Shown piece after piece: positions 9,826 through 19,324 of a stretch of DNA of 64,000 nucleotides. Positions within the stretch are counted from its first letter, which is position 1; every line of letters begins with the position of its first letter. A program made the translations under genes and the position numbers. The DNA comes from an uncultured delta proteobacterium (lineage in GTDB: Bacteria; Desulfobacterota; Binatia; HRBIN30; BPIQ01), in the NCBI GenBank assembly GCA_963761335.1, contig CAVXGR010000005.1, positions 160,001 to 224,000 on the forward strand, in the 5' to 3' direction. The notes beneath the pieces are model-generated. The model was not told the origin of the DNA and did no database searches. It was given only the letters and a program-made list of their open reading frames with translations.

Positions 9826-10667
9826 AGACGCTGGTACTCGGCGGCAGTGGGCTCGTCGGGGCGCAGCTGATGAAGACGCTCGCGGCGTGCGGCGATGAGG
9901 TGCGCGGTACCTGGTGCAGCCGGGCGACGCCGGGGCTCGAGCAGCTCGACCTGAGAGACGCTGAGGCGGTGCGCCGCTGCATTGCCGACTCCGGCGCCTC
10001 GGTGGTCTACCTCGCGGCGGCGCTCACCAACGTCGACCGTTGCGAGACGCATCCGCAGGAGAGCTTCGCCGTCAACGTGGAGGGGACCCGGGTCGCCGCA
10101 GCCTCTGGCGTGCGCCTGGTCTATTTCTCGTCGGACTACGTCTTCCCCGGCGATTCCGGGCCGTATCGCGAGTCGGACACGCCGCGTCCGCTCAATGTCT
10201 ACGGGCGCCACAAGCTCGCCGCGGAGCAGGCGTTGCCCGCCGATGCGCTGGTTGTGCGGACCACGGGCGTCTACGGGCCGGAAGGCGCCGGAAAGAACTT
10301 CGTCTACCGCGTGTGGAGCACGCTGCGGCGAGGCGAACGCCTGGCGGTGCCCAACGATCAGATCGCCAACCCGACCTACGCCCCCAATCTGGCCGCGGCC
10401 GCGGTCGAGCTGGAGCGGCGCGGCGCCCGCGGAACCTACCACCTCGCCGGTGGCGAGTGCGTCGATCGCTTCGGCTTCGCGCTCGAGATTGCGCGCGTCC
10501 TCGACCTCGACCCGACCCTGGTCCAGCCCGTGTCGACCGAGGCGCTCGGGCAGCCGGCGCCGCGGCCTCGCCTCGCCGGGCTGGTGTGCGACAAGGCCGC
10601 CGCCGAGCTGTCGACGGAGCTGATCGGCTATCGCCGCGGCCTTCTCCTCTTTCGCGCCGCGGCGTAG
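9822..10667 (+). CDS. RmlD-like dTDP-4-dehydrorhamnose reductase family SDR
   Basis: GGSGLVG, 'TNVDRCE', 'SSDYVFPG', 'PLNVYGRHKL..E', 'DQIANPT'. Confidence 0.88.
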   Translation: MKTLVLGGSGLVGAQLMKTLAACGDEVRGTWCSRATPGLEQLDLRDAEAVRRCIADSGASVVYLAAALTNVDRCETHPQESFAVNVEGTRVAAASGVRLVYFSSDYVFPGDSGPYRESDTPRPLNVYGRHKLAAEQALPADALVVRTTGVYGPEGAGKNFVYRVWSTLRRGERLAVPNDQIANPTYAPNLAAAAVELERRGARGTYHLAGGECVDRFGFALEIARVLDLDPTLVQPVSTEALGQPAPRPRLAGLVCDKAAAELSTELIGYRRGLLLFRAAA

Positions 10668-10706
10668 CCCGGGAGCGCGGCCGCCAAGGGACATCGTTCT
10701 TTCTTC

Positions 10707-10848
10707 TCATTCTCATCTTCATTCTCATCCCGTCGTTTTCCATTGTTCTGAACGTTGCGGAGACTTTCGCGGCTGGCGCCAAGCCGCCGCAATGATGCGG
10801 CCGTCAAGACAATGGAAAACGACGGAACGAGAATGAGAATGAGAATGA
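10707..10848. repeat. Long imperfect inverted repeat with hexamer-repeat arms between convergent genes
   Basis: Perfect 17-bp arms 10730-10746 / 10809-10825, extended by (ATTCTC)n / (GAGAAT)n. Confidence 0.8.
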
Positions 10849-10866
10849 CGCAAGGGGATGGAGCTG

Positions 10867-12465
10867 CTACGGGGTTCCTGCCGCCCTGTGGTACAGGTAC
10901 TGCGCGAAGCGCAGGTCGTGGCGGGCGACGGCGCGCAGCACCCGCTCGGAGAGCGGCGATTGCGCCTGTAGGATCCAGCGCAGTCGTTCGCGCACGTCGG
11001 GCGAATCGTCCCGCAAATGCGTCGCGACCCTCTCGAGCACGCCGTCGTCGAGCGGCAGCCGCTTGGAGAGCGCGTACCCCGCCCACAGGCGCGTCATCGG
11101 CTCGGGGCTGTCCAGTCCGTCGACCAGGCGGGCGCTGATGCGCGGATCCTGCGGCGACAGGCAATCGACCAGGCGGATACCCTCGGCGTCCTGAAACCAG
11201 CGACCCGGCACGTCATCCGAGACGAACTCGCCGCCGATGGCTTCGTCCTTGGTGATCTCGCACATGACGTCGACCACCTGCGACACTGGAGCCCGGCGCA
11301 GCAGATCTCTGGCGGCGTTGACTGCCAGTCTCCGAAACTGCGGCTGCGTCATCCAGCCGAGATGTATGGCGAGCTGCGCCATTTCCAACTTGAGGGCGGA
11401 TGCGTCCAGCGCCTGGATCAGCCCGAGCACCTCGGCGCGGGCGTTCTCTTCCGCCTGCACCTGGGTGAATGCCCGGCGCTCGTGCACCGTGAAGCTCTCC
11501 GGCGGATGGCGGATCAGAAATACCTGGACCGCCGGAACGAAGGCGAGGAAATCGCCCCGCTCCATGATCCTCTGAATGATGCGCAGCCGCTCGGCGACAC
11601 TCTCCGACTCGTCGTACAGAGTGCAGGCGAGGGTGCGGTCCTCGGCCCCGTTTTCGGATGCCATCAGGCCGGGCGCCTGCGTCAGGCTGGTGTCCCCGTA
11701 GGCGGCTCGCAGCCGCTCGTTGACGCGCGTATCGCCTTCGGCGGCGCGCAGATGGCGCGCGTAGTCTCCCTGGGCGCGGAAGTACGCCTCCAGCAGCGGC
11801 GCATCGTGCGCGGCGCTCGGAGCGACGGAGGAGAACCCATAGATGCGCGGCACTCCCATGAAGATCCGCCGGAACGACGAGCGCATGCTCGGACCCACGG
11901 GACCGTAGCGGAGCTGCACGGCGCGCTCCGCCGATGCCTGGTCGAAGCCGTGGTCGAGAAGCACGTCGAGATACTCCTGGGGCGTGCGACTGTCCTCGTC
12001 CTTGGTCGCCAGCGTGTTGCAGCCCAGGAGGAAGACCTCCTGGGGACGGTGGAAGAGGCCGTCGCACTGCGGCCGGCAGGAGGCCTCCTCGAGCTGGGCC
12101 AGGCTCAGCGAGGTTCCCGAGGTGCCAAAGAAACGGCCGGCGAACTCTCCGGTGTAAACGACCACGTCGCACTCGATGTCCTGGCGGCAGAGGTTTGAGA
12201 GCCACGCCGGGGGCGCGCCGTCCATATCGCTCGCGGTGGTTACCGCCGTCGTTCCCGGCTGCCCCCAGTGCGCGGCCCACCGCGGGCTCAGGTCGATGAT
12301 CTCGAACTCGCTCGCAGGCAGGTGCGATTCGATGACGCCGATCTCCTCGCGGGAGTTGAAGACGAGCTCGCAGACGCGCAATCGCCTCGCCTCGGCAACC
12401 GACGACATCGCCAGCAGCAGGAGCAGCAGCGTGAGCCCGGCGTGTCTGCGGCGCGATGGAGACAT
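10867..12465 (-). CDS. Secreted hypothetical protein with C-terminal HEAT-like repeats
   Basis: Signal peptide 'LTLLLLLLAMSSVAEA'; C-terminal 'LRDDSPDVRE' HEAT-like; long natural-looking ORF. Confidence 0.65.
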   Translation of the reverse strand: MSPSRRRHAGLTLLLLLLAMSSVAEARRLRVCELVFNSREEIGVIESHLPASEFEIIDLSPRWAAHWGQPGTTAVTTASDMDGAPPAWLSNLCRQDIECDVVVYTGEFAGRFFGTSGTSLSLAQLEEASCRPQCDGLFHRPQEVFLLGCNTLATKDEDSRTPQEYLDVLLDHGFDQASAERAVQLRYGPVGPSMRSSFRRIFMGVPRIYGFSSVAPSAAHDAPLLEAYFRAQGDYARHLRAAEGDTRVNERLRAAYGDTSLTQAPGLMASENGAEDRTLACTLYDESESVAERLRIIQRIMERGDFLAFVPAVQVFLIRHPPESFTVHERRAFTQVQAEENARAEVLGLIQALDASALKLEMAQLAIHLGWMTQPQFRRLAVNAARDLLRRAPVSQVVDVMCEITKDEAIGGEFVSDDVPGRWFQDAEGIRLVDCLSPQDPRISARLVDGLDSPEPMTRLWAGYALSKRLPLDDGVLERVATHLRDDSPDVRERLRWILQAQSPLSERVLRAVARHDLRFAQYLYHRAAGTP

Positions 12466-12504
12466 GGGGGAGGTCCTGCCCGGAACCGGGAACGAAGTCG
12501 GGAG

Positions 12505-12924
12505 CTAGGGTTGCTGTATCGATTGTAGATAGTCGGCGAGCACCTCCAGCCGCTGCCGAGCGTATATCGATGCCGCTGCGGTTGCGCCGCTTCCGTCGGG
12601 GCCAAAGCAATCCCGCCAGATGGGCATCTCGCGACTGCCGTGAGCCGCGATCGGCCGCTCGCCGGTCAACGTCCGAATCACCTCTTCGCGGGGAAACGCC
12701 CCGTCGTGACGCTGCGCCAACGTCGTCAGATCGGTCGGCGGGCTCGTCAGGGCGCGGGCTGCCGGCCCGTTCCCCTTGGCATCGGCGCCGTGGCACACGG
12801 CGCAGCGGTTCATGTAGAGAGTCTCCCCGCTCTCCCTGGGCTGCAGATGAAGAAGCGGGGCGCACCCGGAGAGAAAAGCCGCCAGCGCCACCAGAGAGAG
12901 TTTCCGCTGCCTCGCCTCGATCAT
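12505..12924 (-). CDS. Monoheme c-type cytochrome lipoprotein
   Basis: CAVCH heme motif, 'HGSREMPIW' axial Met region, lipobox 'FLSGC'. Confidence 0.88.
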   Translation of the reverse strand: MIEARQRKLSLVALAAFLSGCAPLLHLQPRESGETLYMNRCAVCHGADAKGNGPAARALTSPPTDLTTLAQRHDGAFPREEVIRTLTGERPIAAHGSREMPIWRDCFGPDGSGATAAASIYARQRLEVLADYLQSIQQP

Positions 12925-12994
12925 TCGCCCCCCCTCGCGTATCCCGGCTGCGGCGCCAGTTCCAGCCCTCTAGTCTCCTGGGAAACTTCGGACA

Positions 12995-14722
12995 CTACTT
13001 TTCCCCGGGCTCAGGCCCTCGTCTCTTCTTCGCCAGGCGCGGCGCGGCGACCAGGGCAAGGCCGTAGAGCGCCAGCGCCACGAACAGGGTTGCCGGGCGA
13101 GAGACGCGCAGATCCTCGACGAGCAGCTTCAGCCCCGTCAGCGCCAGAACCGGGTAGAGCAGCCAGGCGAGCTCGCGGGCGCGCTGCAGGCGCGCCGCGG
13201 CGGCGAGCAACACGGCCGCGAGCGCCAGCGCGCCGCTGCGCACCGTGGCGAGGGTTCCCGCGTCGAACGGCTTCCCCGCCAGTGCCGGCGCGGCGATGTC
13301 GATCAGCACGCCGGTGCCTCCCAGGACGGCGAGCAGAGCCACAACCAGGCGAGCTCCCGCGGCGGGCGCAGCCGCTGCGGGCGGAGCCGGTGCCGCGATC
13401 GCCAGGCAGGCGAGAAGCGCGGCGAGCACGGAGAGCGGCACGACGCCGCAGGCGACGGCCGGATCGCCGGGAGTTCCCAGCAGTGCCATGGCCGCGTTGC
13501 TCGCCAGCCCGGAGGCGATCGCCGCTCCCAGGCCGTAGATGGCGGCCTGCACGGTGAGCGCCACCTGCCCGAGGCGAGAGCCGAGCCAGGAGGCGGCGAC
13601 CGCCAGCGCCGCCAGGGCCAAGCCGAGGGCCGGGCCGGGCAGCAGCACGGCGCCGCCGATCAGCACGAGCGCCAGAGCCAGAGTGAGGTAGAAGTGGAAG
13701 TTGGTGCCTGAGCCGCGGCCCCGGCGGATGAAGGCGAAGGCCACGGCATAGCAGCCGACCCCGAGGGTGGCGCCGGCCAGCCCGAGAGCGGTCATGCCGG
13801 CGCCGCTGGCCTGGGCGACGCCGAGCGCGCCGCCCAGGCCGGCCACCAGGGCGCCGCCGGTCTGCAAGACCTCGAAGAAGATGACGGTGCGGCCGCGGAC
13901 CACCGTGCGCGCCGCGAACGAAGACAGATAGCTGGCCAGCAGGAAGAGCTGCACCGCCATCACCGCCTCCGGTTGATCGAGTGGCGGGTGCTGGAGCGCG
14001 CGCGCCGTCAGCGCGACCACCACGCCATCGGCGGCAAGCGCCGGCACCCAGCGAATCCAGTACCAGTTGCGTTCGTAGCTCAGCCACAGAGTGCCGATGC
14101 CGAGGAGGACCAGGAACAGCGCCTGCGGTATCACCCCGCCGGTGGCGAAGGCGACCGCCAGCGCCGCGGCGACCGACCCCAGGCTGGCAGCCGCCGCGAC
14201 GCTCTGCAGGCGCCGGCGCCAGGCGACCGCGAGCGCCAGGCCGGAGACGACGGCGATCAGCGCCGCCCCGGCGCTGGGTCCGAAAAATCCGAACCGCGTC
14301 GAGGCTTCCCACAGCAGCGGGTAGGCGATGATCATCGAGGTCACGCCGTGAAAGACCGCGCTCGACCGGTTCCTGATGGCGGCGCGATCGGCCGCTCCGA
14401 GCCACACGAGCGCGTAGGCGACGCCGAGGGGCACGGCGGCTCTCATCGGCAGCTGGCCGGACTCCACCAGGGCCCGCAGCAGGTAGGCCCCGGCGAAGAC
14501 GAGCGAAGTCCGGCCCAGCAGCGGAAGCAGCGTTCCCGCATCTGTCGCCGCCGGCCTCGCGGAGGCGGCAACGCCCGCCGGACCGTTCGGCGCGGCTGCG
14601 GAAGGAGCTTCGGTCCGCCGTGGCGGAGATGCCTCCAGGGTCGCGAGTCGGCGCTCGATGGCGGCAACGGCGCGCTCGACTTGTGCGAGTCTCGATTCCT
14701 CGTCCTGGAGCTTTTCGGCCAT
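12995..14722 (-). CDS. Polytopic membrane protein (DUF2339-like)
   Basis: N-terminal coiled coil 'RLAQVERAVAAIERRLATLE', many TM helices, C-terminal 'LKLLVEDL'. Confidence 0.7.
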   Translation of the reverse strand: MAEKLQDEESRLAQVERAVAAIERRLATLEASPPRRTEAPSAAAPNGPAGVAASARPAATDAGTLLPLLGRTSLVFAGAYLLRALVESGQLPMRAAVPLGVAYALVWLGAADRAAIRNRSSAVFHGVTSMIIAYPLLWEASTRFGFFGPSAGAALIAVVSGLALAVAWRRRLQSVAAAASLGSVAAALAVAFATGGVIPQALFLVLLGIGTLWLSYERNWYWIRWVPALAADGVVVALTARALQHPPLDQPEAVMAVQLFLLASYLSSFAARTVVRGRTVIFFEVLQTGGALVAGLGGALGVAQASGAGMTALGLAGATLGVGCYAVAFAFIRRGRGSGTNFHFYLTLALALVLIGGAVLLPGPALGLALAALAVAASWLGSRLGQVALTVQAAIYGLGAAIASGLASNAAMALLGTPGDPAVACGVVPLSVLAALLACLAIAAPAPPAAAAPAAGARLVVALLAVLGGTGVLIDIAAPALAGKPFDAGTLATVRSGALALAAVLLAAAARLQRARELAWLLYPVLALTGLKLLVEDLRVSRPATLFVALALYGLALVAAPRLAKKRRGPEPGEK

Positions 14723-14750
14723 TGAACTTCTCCGCGGCCGCCGCGCCCGC

Positions 14751-15050
14751 TTACACCCGGATGAGCGCGATCGCCTTTTCCGGACAGGCGTCAACGCACA
14801 GAGCACACCCATGGCACTGATCGGCGCGCACGGGGAAAGCCTGCTTGCCGCCATGCGCCAGTGTCTTCAGCCTCCCGATCCAGGACAGCCCGCGGCGCTC
14901 GTCGTCGGAGAGCCGGCGAATCTCGAACACGGCGTACGGGCAGACCCGTACGCAGGCGGCCTTGGCCTCGCAGCGGTTGCGATCGATGACCGGCTTCAGT
15001 ATCCCCGCTTCCAGCTTGCAGGGTTCGGTCGGCTGGTCGTTCTCCCCCAT
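14751..15050 (-). CDS. 4Fe-4S dicluster ferredoxin
   Basis: 'CEAKAACVRVCP' and 'CHGCALCVDACP'. Confidence 0.85.
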   Translation of the reverse strand: MGENDQPTEPCKLEAGILKPVIDRNRCEAKAACVRVCPYAVFEIRRLSDDERRGLSWIGRLKTLAHGGKQAFPVRADQCHGCALCVDACPEKAIALIRV

Positions 15051-15310
15051 TGGCGGCTCTCGTCCAGCAGGAGGCATACCAAGCTCCATCCCCCGTTACC
15101 ACATGACTGCGGCCTCGCGGGACTCACTGCCGGCTCCAGGATTCGCGAATGGAAGGCGCCGACTCGGGGCGGGGGCAGGCACTCGGCGACGCATGGTGCA
15201 GACGGCGGCGCCCGCATGTGAAAGACCGCGGGCCGGGGGCGTGGCCATTCGTCGAACGTGGTGACGGTGGCTGTTGCCCTTCGGCATGCACCTTGCGACA
15301 ACCGGGAAGC

Positions 15311-15616
15311 ATGAACTTCGACGCCAGGAATACCGCTCTCTCGTTGACCGGCGATGATCTCGGCTTGGGCGACTCCGCGGGGGCGCTGCGCCGCCTGCCG
15401 CAGGGCAGCAACTCGCTCGAGCTGATCGTCCTGCAGTCACTGCCGAGAGTGGAGGAGCGCCCGGCGGCGCTTCTGGAGGTCCGCCGCGTCCTGCACCCCG
15501 CCGGCCGCCTCTTGCTGGAGGGCGCTGCGGCGGACGATCTCTCCTCCGACCTCCTGGTCGCCGGCTTCATCCCCCAGGCCGGCGGTGGCGCGGCGGTCTG
15601 GCGCAAGGCAGCCTAG
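15311..15616 (+). CDS. Small protein resembling the C-terminal half of a class I SAM methyltransferase
   Basis: 'LP..SNSLELIV...ALLEVRRVLHPAGRLL' matches Methyltransf_11 motifs II/III; motif I absent. Confidence 0.5.
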   Translation: MNFDARNTALSLTGDDLGLGDSAGALRRLPQGSNSLELIVLQSLPRVEERPAALLEVRRVLHPAGRLLLEGAAADDLSSDLLVAGFIPQAGGGAAVWRKAA

Positions 15617-15684
15617 AGCGGCCGATTCGCGGCGCCTCCGAAACTGCTGGCAACGGACGGCCGGTTCGGGGCACTAGGTAGGCG

Positions 15685-16704
15685 ATGGATGTGGACGACC
15701 ACCTCAGCGTCTCGATCGTCATCCCGGTGCACGACGGCGGCGACGCCCTGAGGGTTTGCCTCGAGAGCGTCGCCGCCTGCCGGCCGCAGCCTCTCGAAGT
15801 GGTGGTGGTGGACGACGCCAGCGGCGACGATTCGGCGCGCCTGGCAGCGGCGGTGGGAGCGCGCTGCCTGCACCTCAGCGACCGAGCGGGGCCGGCGGGG
15901 GCGCGCAACCGCGGCGCCGAGATCGCCCGCGGAGACATTGTCTTTTTCGTGGACGCCGACGTCGCCCTCGCCGCCGACGCCGTCGCCGAGGTCCTCGGAG
16001 CCTTTCGCGACGAGCCGCATCTGGCCGCCGTCTTCGGCTCGTACGACGACGCCCCGGCGGCCGGCAACTTCCTCTCGCAGTACAAGAATCTCCTCCATCA
16101 CTACGTCCATCAGTCGGCGCGAGAAGAGGCCTCGACCTTCTGGGCCGGGTGCGGTGCAATCCGTCGCTCGGTGTTTGCCGCCGTGGGAGGATTCGACGAG
16201 AGCTATCGCCGCCCGTCGATCGAGGACATCGAGTTGGGCGGGCGCCTGCGGCGTGCCGGCTACCGCATCCGGCTGCGCAAGTCTCTGCAGGCAAAGCACC
16301 TGAAACGCTGGACGGCGGGCAGCCTGCTGCGCTCCGACGTCTGCGATCGAGCGCTGCCCTGGACGGCGTTGCTCCTGCGAGAGAATGGCGGCTTGCCCGA
16401 CGATCTCAACCTCCGCTGGTCGAGCCGTATCAGCGCCGCGGCGGCCTGGGCACTGCTGGCGGCGCTGGCCGCGAGCTGTTGGTGGCCCGGTCTCTGGCCC
16501 GCGGTTGCGGGCATGACGGCATTGCTGCTGGTCCTCAACGCGCCGCTCTATCTCTTCTTGGCGCGCCGGCGCGGCCTCGGCTTCGCTCTCGGAAGTATCG
16601 TCTGGCACTGGCTCTACTACCTCTACAGCACCGCCGCCTTTGTCGCCGGCCTCGGCTTCTTCTTGGCGGGTGCGCGATCGCGCCGCCGCCCGAACACCTT
16701 GTAA
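15685..16704 (+). CDS. GT2 family glycosyltransferase with C-terminal TM helices
   Basis: 'VSIVIPVH', 'VVDDAS.D', 'GPAGARNRG', 'FVDAD', 'IEDIELG.RL'. Confidence 0.92.
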   Translation: MDVDDHLSVSIVIPVHDGGDALRVCLESVAACRPQPLEVVVVDDASGDDSARLAAAVGARCLHLSDRAGPAGARNRGAEIARGDIVFFVDADVALAADAVAEVLGAFRDEPHLAAVFGSYDDAPAAGNFLSQYKNLLHHYVHQSAREEASTFWAGCGAIRRSVFAAVGGFDESYRRPSIEDIELGGRLRRAGYRIRLRKSLQAKHLKRWTAGSLLRSDVCDRALPWTALLLRENGGLPDDLNLRWSSRISAAAAWALLAALAASCWWPGLWPAVAGMTALLLVLNAPLYLFLARRRGLGFALGSIVWHWLYYLYSTAAFVAGLGFFLAGARSRRRPNTL

Positions 16705-16749
16705 CCGCGGGGTGCGGCCGCTATGGTTCGCGGCGCGCGGTCAACTTCG

Positions 16750-18111
16750 ATGCGGTCGCTTGCCCCTGACACAGACACGCTCGAGCGCGTCGCACGCGCC
16801 CTGGCATCCGTGCCGCGGACGGCCTACTCGGTGCCGCACGTGTACCCCTCGGCGGCTCCGGCGTACGAGAGTGCCCCCGAGGCGGTGCGGCCGCGGCCGC
16901 GCCGCGATCGCTTGCGGCTCTATGCCCACATCCCTTTCTGCCGCTACCACTGCACCTTCTGCTACTACGCCGTGAACGTCGGCGCGGGCGGCGCGATGAT
17001 GTCTCGCTACGTGGATGCGCTGGAGCGAGAGCTCGACTGGATTGAGCCGGGAACGTCGCTCTCGCAGCTGTTCGTCGGCGGCGGCACGCCCACGGCTCTG
17101 CCGCCGGAGCTGCTCGACCGCGCTCTCGAGGCGGTCTTCTCTCGCACGCGGCCTCTGCCGCAGATCGTGCACACGGTCGAGACCTCTCCCGAGACCATCT
17201 CTCCGGCGCACGTCGAAGCTCTGCGGCGGCGTGGCATCGGCCGCGTCAGCATGGGCATCCAGAGCTTCGACCAGGATGTGCTCGACACTGTCCACCGCAA
17301 CCAGAGCCAGGCGCAGGCCGTCGCCGCTTGCGAGCTGCTCGTCGCCTCGGGTCTGATCGCCAACGTCGATCTGATCTACGGCCTGCCGGGTCAGTCGGAA
17401 GAGGCCTTCGTCGCCGATCTGCGCACCCTGGCGCGCCTCGGCATTCCTTCGCTGACGCTCTACAGCCTGCGGACCAACGAACGCACGCCCGTGGTCAGGA
17501 GCCTGCGCTCGACGGAGCGCTTCGACCTCGCGGGTCTTATCCACTGGCGCGCTCTGGTCAAACGGAGCGCCGAGGAGCTCGGCTACAGCCAGACCCGCTG
17601 GCACACATTCAAGCGACTGGACTCGATTGCGCGGACGCACGAGCGGCTGCCCTGTTTCGACGAGGAGATGTCGGGCTTCCAGTTGGGCGTCGGCATGAGT
17701 GCGCGCTCGCATCTCGGATACGCGGTCTACCGAAACCACGAGCAGCTCAAGACCTACGTCGATCGCATCGAGCACGGGCAGAGCCCGGTGGAGCAGATGT
17801 TCGTTCTGGACGAGGACGACCGGCGGACGCAGTTCGTGGCCCGCACGATCGGCGACGGCAAGACACTGCGGCGCTCCATGTATGCCCGCACTTTCGGGCG
17901 TCCCATCGAGGGCGACTTCGGGTCACTTCTCGAGCGCCTCGCCTGGGCGGGCCTGGTGGAGGACGACGGTGAGAGCATCGCGCTCACCGAGCTCGGAGTA
18001 CTCGTCTACGATCTCGTGACCCTGGCCTTCTACCCGCAGCGCGCCCGCGACTGGCTCGCCGCACGGGGCGGCTGGCTCGCCTCCGCCCGGGCTGCGGCGT
18101 CTGCCCCTTGA
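16750..18111 (+). CDS. HemN-like radical SAM enzyme
   Basis: 'LYAHIPFCRYHCTFC' CX3CX2C, 'GGGTPT', 'RVSMGIQSF', 'DLIYGLPGQ'. Confidence 0.9.
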   Translation: MRSLAPDTDTLERVARALASVPRTAYSVPHVYPSAAPAYESAPEAVRPRPRRDRLRLYAHIPFCRYHCTFCYYAVNVGAGGAMMSRYVDALERELDWIEPGTSLSQLFVGGGTPTALPPELLDRALEAVFSRTRPLPQIVHTVETSPETISPAHVEALRRRGIGRVSMGIQSFDQDVLDTVHRNQSQAQAVAACELLVASGLIANVDLIYGLPGQSEEAFVADLRTLARLGIPSLTLYSLRTNERTPVVRSLRSTERFDLAGLIHWRALVKRSAEELGYSQTRWHTFKRLDSIARTHERLPCFDEEMSGFQLGVGMSARSHLGYAVYRNHEQLKTYVDRIEHGQSPVEQMFVLDEDDRRTQFVARTIGDGKTLRRSMYARTFGRPIEGDFGSLLERLAWAGLVEDDGESIALTELGVLVYDLVTLAFYPQRARDWLAARGGWLASARAAASAP

Positions 18112-18124
18112 GGCGGGCCGCGCC

Positions 18125-19324
18125 TTGCCCGCCTGTCTTCGCGGGGCTATTGTCGGCCGCGCCGCGCGGTGGCCGATGCTGTTGCAGTCTCCTGCTCCCG
18201 ACAAGAACAATCCGTCGCATTCCGGGCAGTGCCACGCCGCGGAATGTATTGCCGGCTGGAGCGATCGCGCCGCCGGCACCGTCGTCGGCGTGCTCGCCGG
18301 AGAGGGTATCGGTCCTGAGGTCGTCGGCGCCGCCCTCTCCGTCTTCGAGGCGTCGATGTCCGTCGGCGCCGGGCGCCTGCATCTGCGTCATGGGGTCGCC
18401 GCCATGGGCGGCGCCGGCCTCTCGCCGGATACGGTAGAGTTCTGCGAGTCGATCCTGACGGAAGGCGGTGCTCTGTTCTGCGGTCCCGTCGGCGGTCGCT
18501 TCGTCTACGAGCTGCGGGCGCGGTTCGATCTCTACTGCAAGCTGGTGCCCCTGCGCCCATCGGCGGCGCTCGCCGATGCGGCGATCGTGCGCGCCGAGCG
18601 GTTGGCGGGCGCCGACGTGCTCTTGGTGCGTGAGAACGTCGGCGGCATCTACTTCGGGGAAGCGGGCCGCCGCGAGCGGGGCGGGGTGGCCTACCAGAGC
18701 TTCTGCTATCGAGCCGAGCAGGTGGAGCGCATCGCCGAGGTTGCGGCGCGCCTCGCCCGGATGCGGCAGGGCCGGCTGAGCGCGGTGGTCAAGCGCGCCG
18801 GTGTTCCGGAGATCAGCGCCCTCTGGTGCGAGGTGGTCGGGGAGGTGGCGTCCCGCTACAACCTCGATTTGGAGATCGTCGAGGTCGACAACGCCGGCTA
18901 TCAGATGGTGGCCGATGCGCGCCGGTTCGACGTCGTCGTCGCGCCCAATCTCTTCGGCGATGTCCTCGCCGACTGTGCCGCTGTCCTTCTCGGATCGCGC
19001 GGCATGTCGTACTCGGCGAACTTCGGGCCGCAGCGGCGGTCGGCGTATCAGACCGGTCACGGAGCGGCCCACGACCTGGCCGGCAGCGACCGGGCCAACC
19101 CCGTGGCCCAGATCCTCTCCCTGGCGATGATGCTCCGCGAGAGCTTCGCTCTGGAGCTGGAGGCCCTCCGCATCGAGACGGCCGTCGAGAACGTCCTCGC
19201 CGCAGGCATCCGCACGCCTGACATCGCCAGTTGTGACAGCCAGGTCGTCGGCACCCGGGAGCTGGCGGAGCGCGTGGCTCGCGAAGTCGAAAGGTTGTCC
19301 ATCGCAGACCGAGTGAGCCCGTGA
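18125..19324 (+). CDS. Isocitrate/isopropylmalate (beta-decarboxylating) dehydrogenase family protein
   Basis: 'GEGIGPEV', 'VRENVGGIYFG', 'FDVVVAPNLFGDVLAD', 'HGAAHDLAG', 'ANP'; start uncertain. Confidence 0.88.
   Translation: MPACLRGAIVGRAARWPMLLQSPAPDKNNPSHSGQCHAAECIAGWSDRAAGTVVGVLAGEGIGPEVVGAALSVFEASMSVGAGRLHLRHGVAAMGGAGLSPDTVEFCESILTEGGALFCGPVGGRFVYELRARFDLYCKLVPLRPSAALADAAIVRAERLAGADVLLVRENVGGIYFGEAGRRERGGVAYQSFCYRAEQVERIAEVAARLARMRQGRLSAVVKRAGVPEISALWCEVVGEVASRYNLDLEIVEVDNAGYQMVADARRFDVVVAPNLFGDVLADCAAVLLGSRGMSYSANFGPQRRSAYQTGHGAAHDLAGSDRANPVAQILSLAMMLRESFALELEALRIETAVENVLAAGIRTPDIASCDSQVVGTRELAERVAREVERLSIADRVSP

Noticed and set aside
15090..15310. GC-rich intergenic region as a riboswitch/ncRNA
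   Set aside because: No recognisable conserved motif; would need an Rfam scan.
16750..18111. hemN/hemW
   Set aside because: Sits in a tailoring operon with no heme genes; family call only.
18125..19324. Housekeeping leuB
   Set aside because: No leu operon context and a divergent nucleotide-binding motif; gene symbol withheld.
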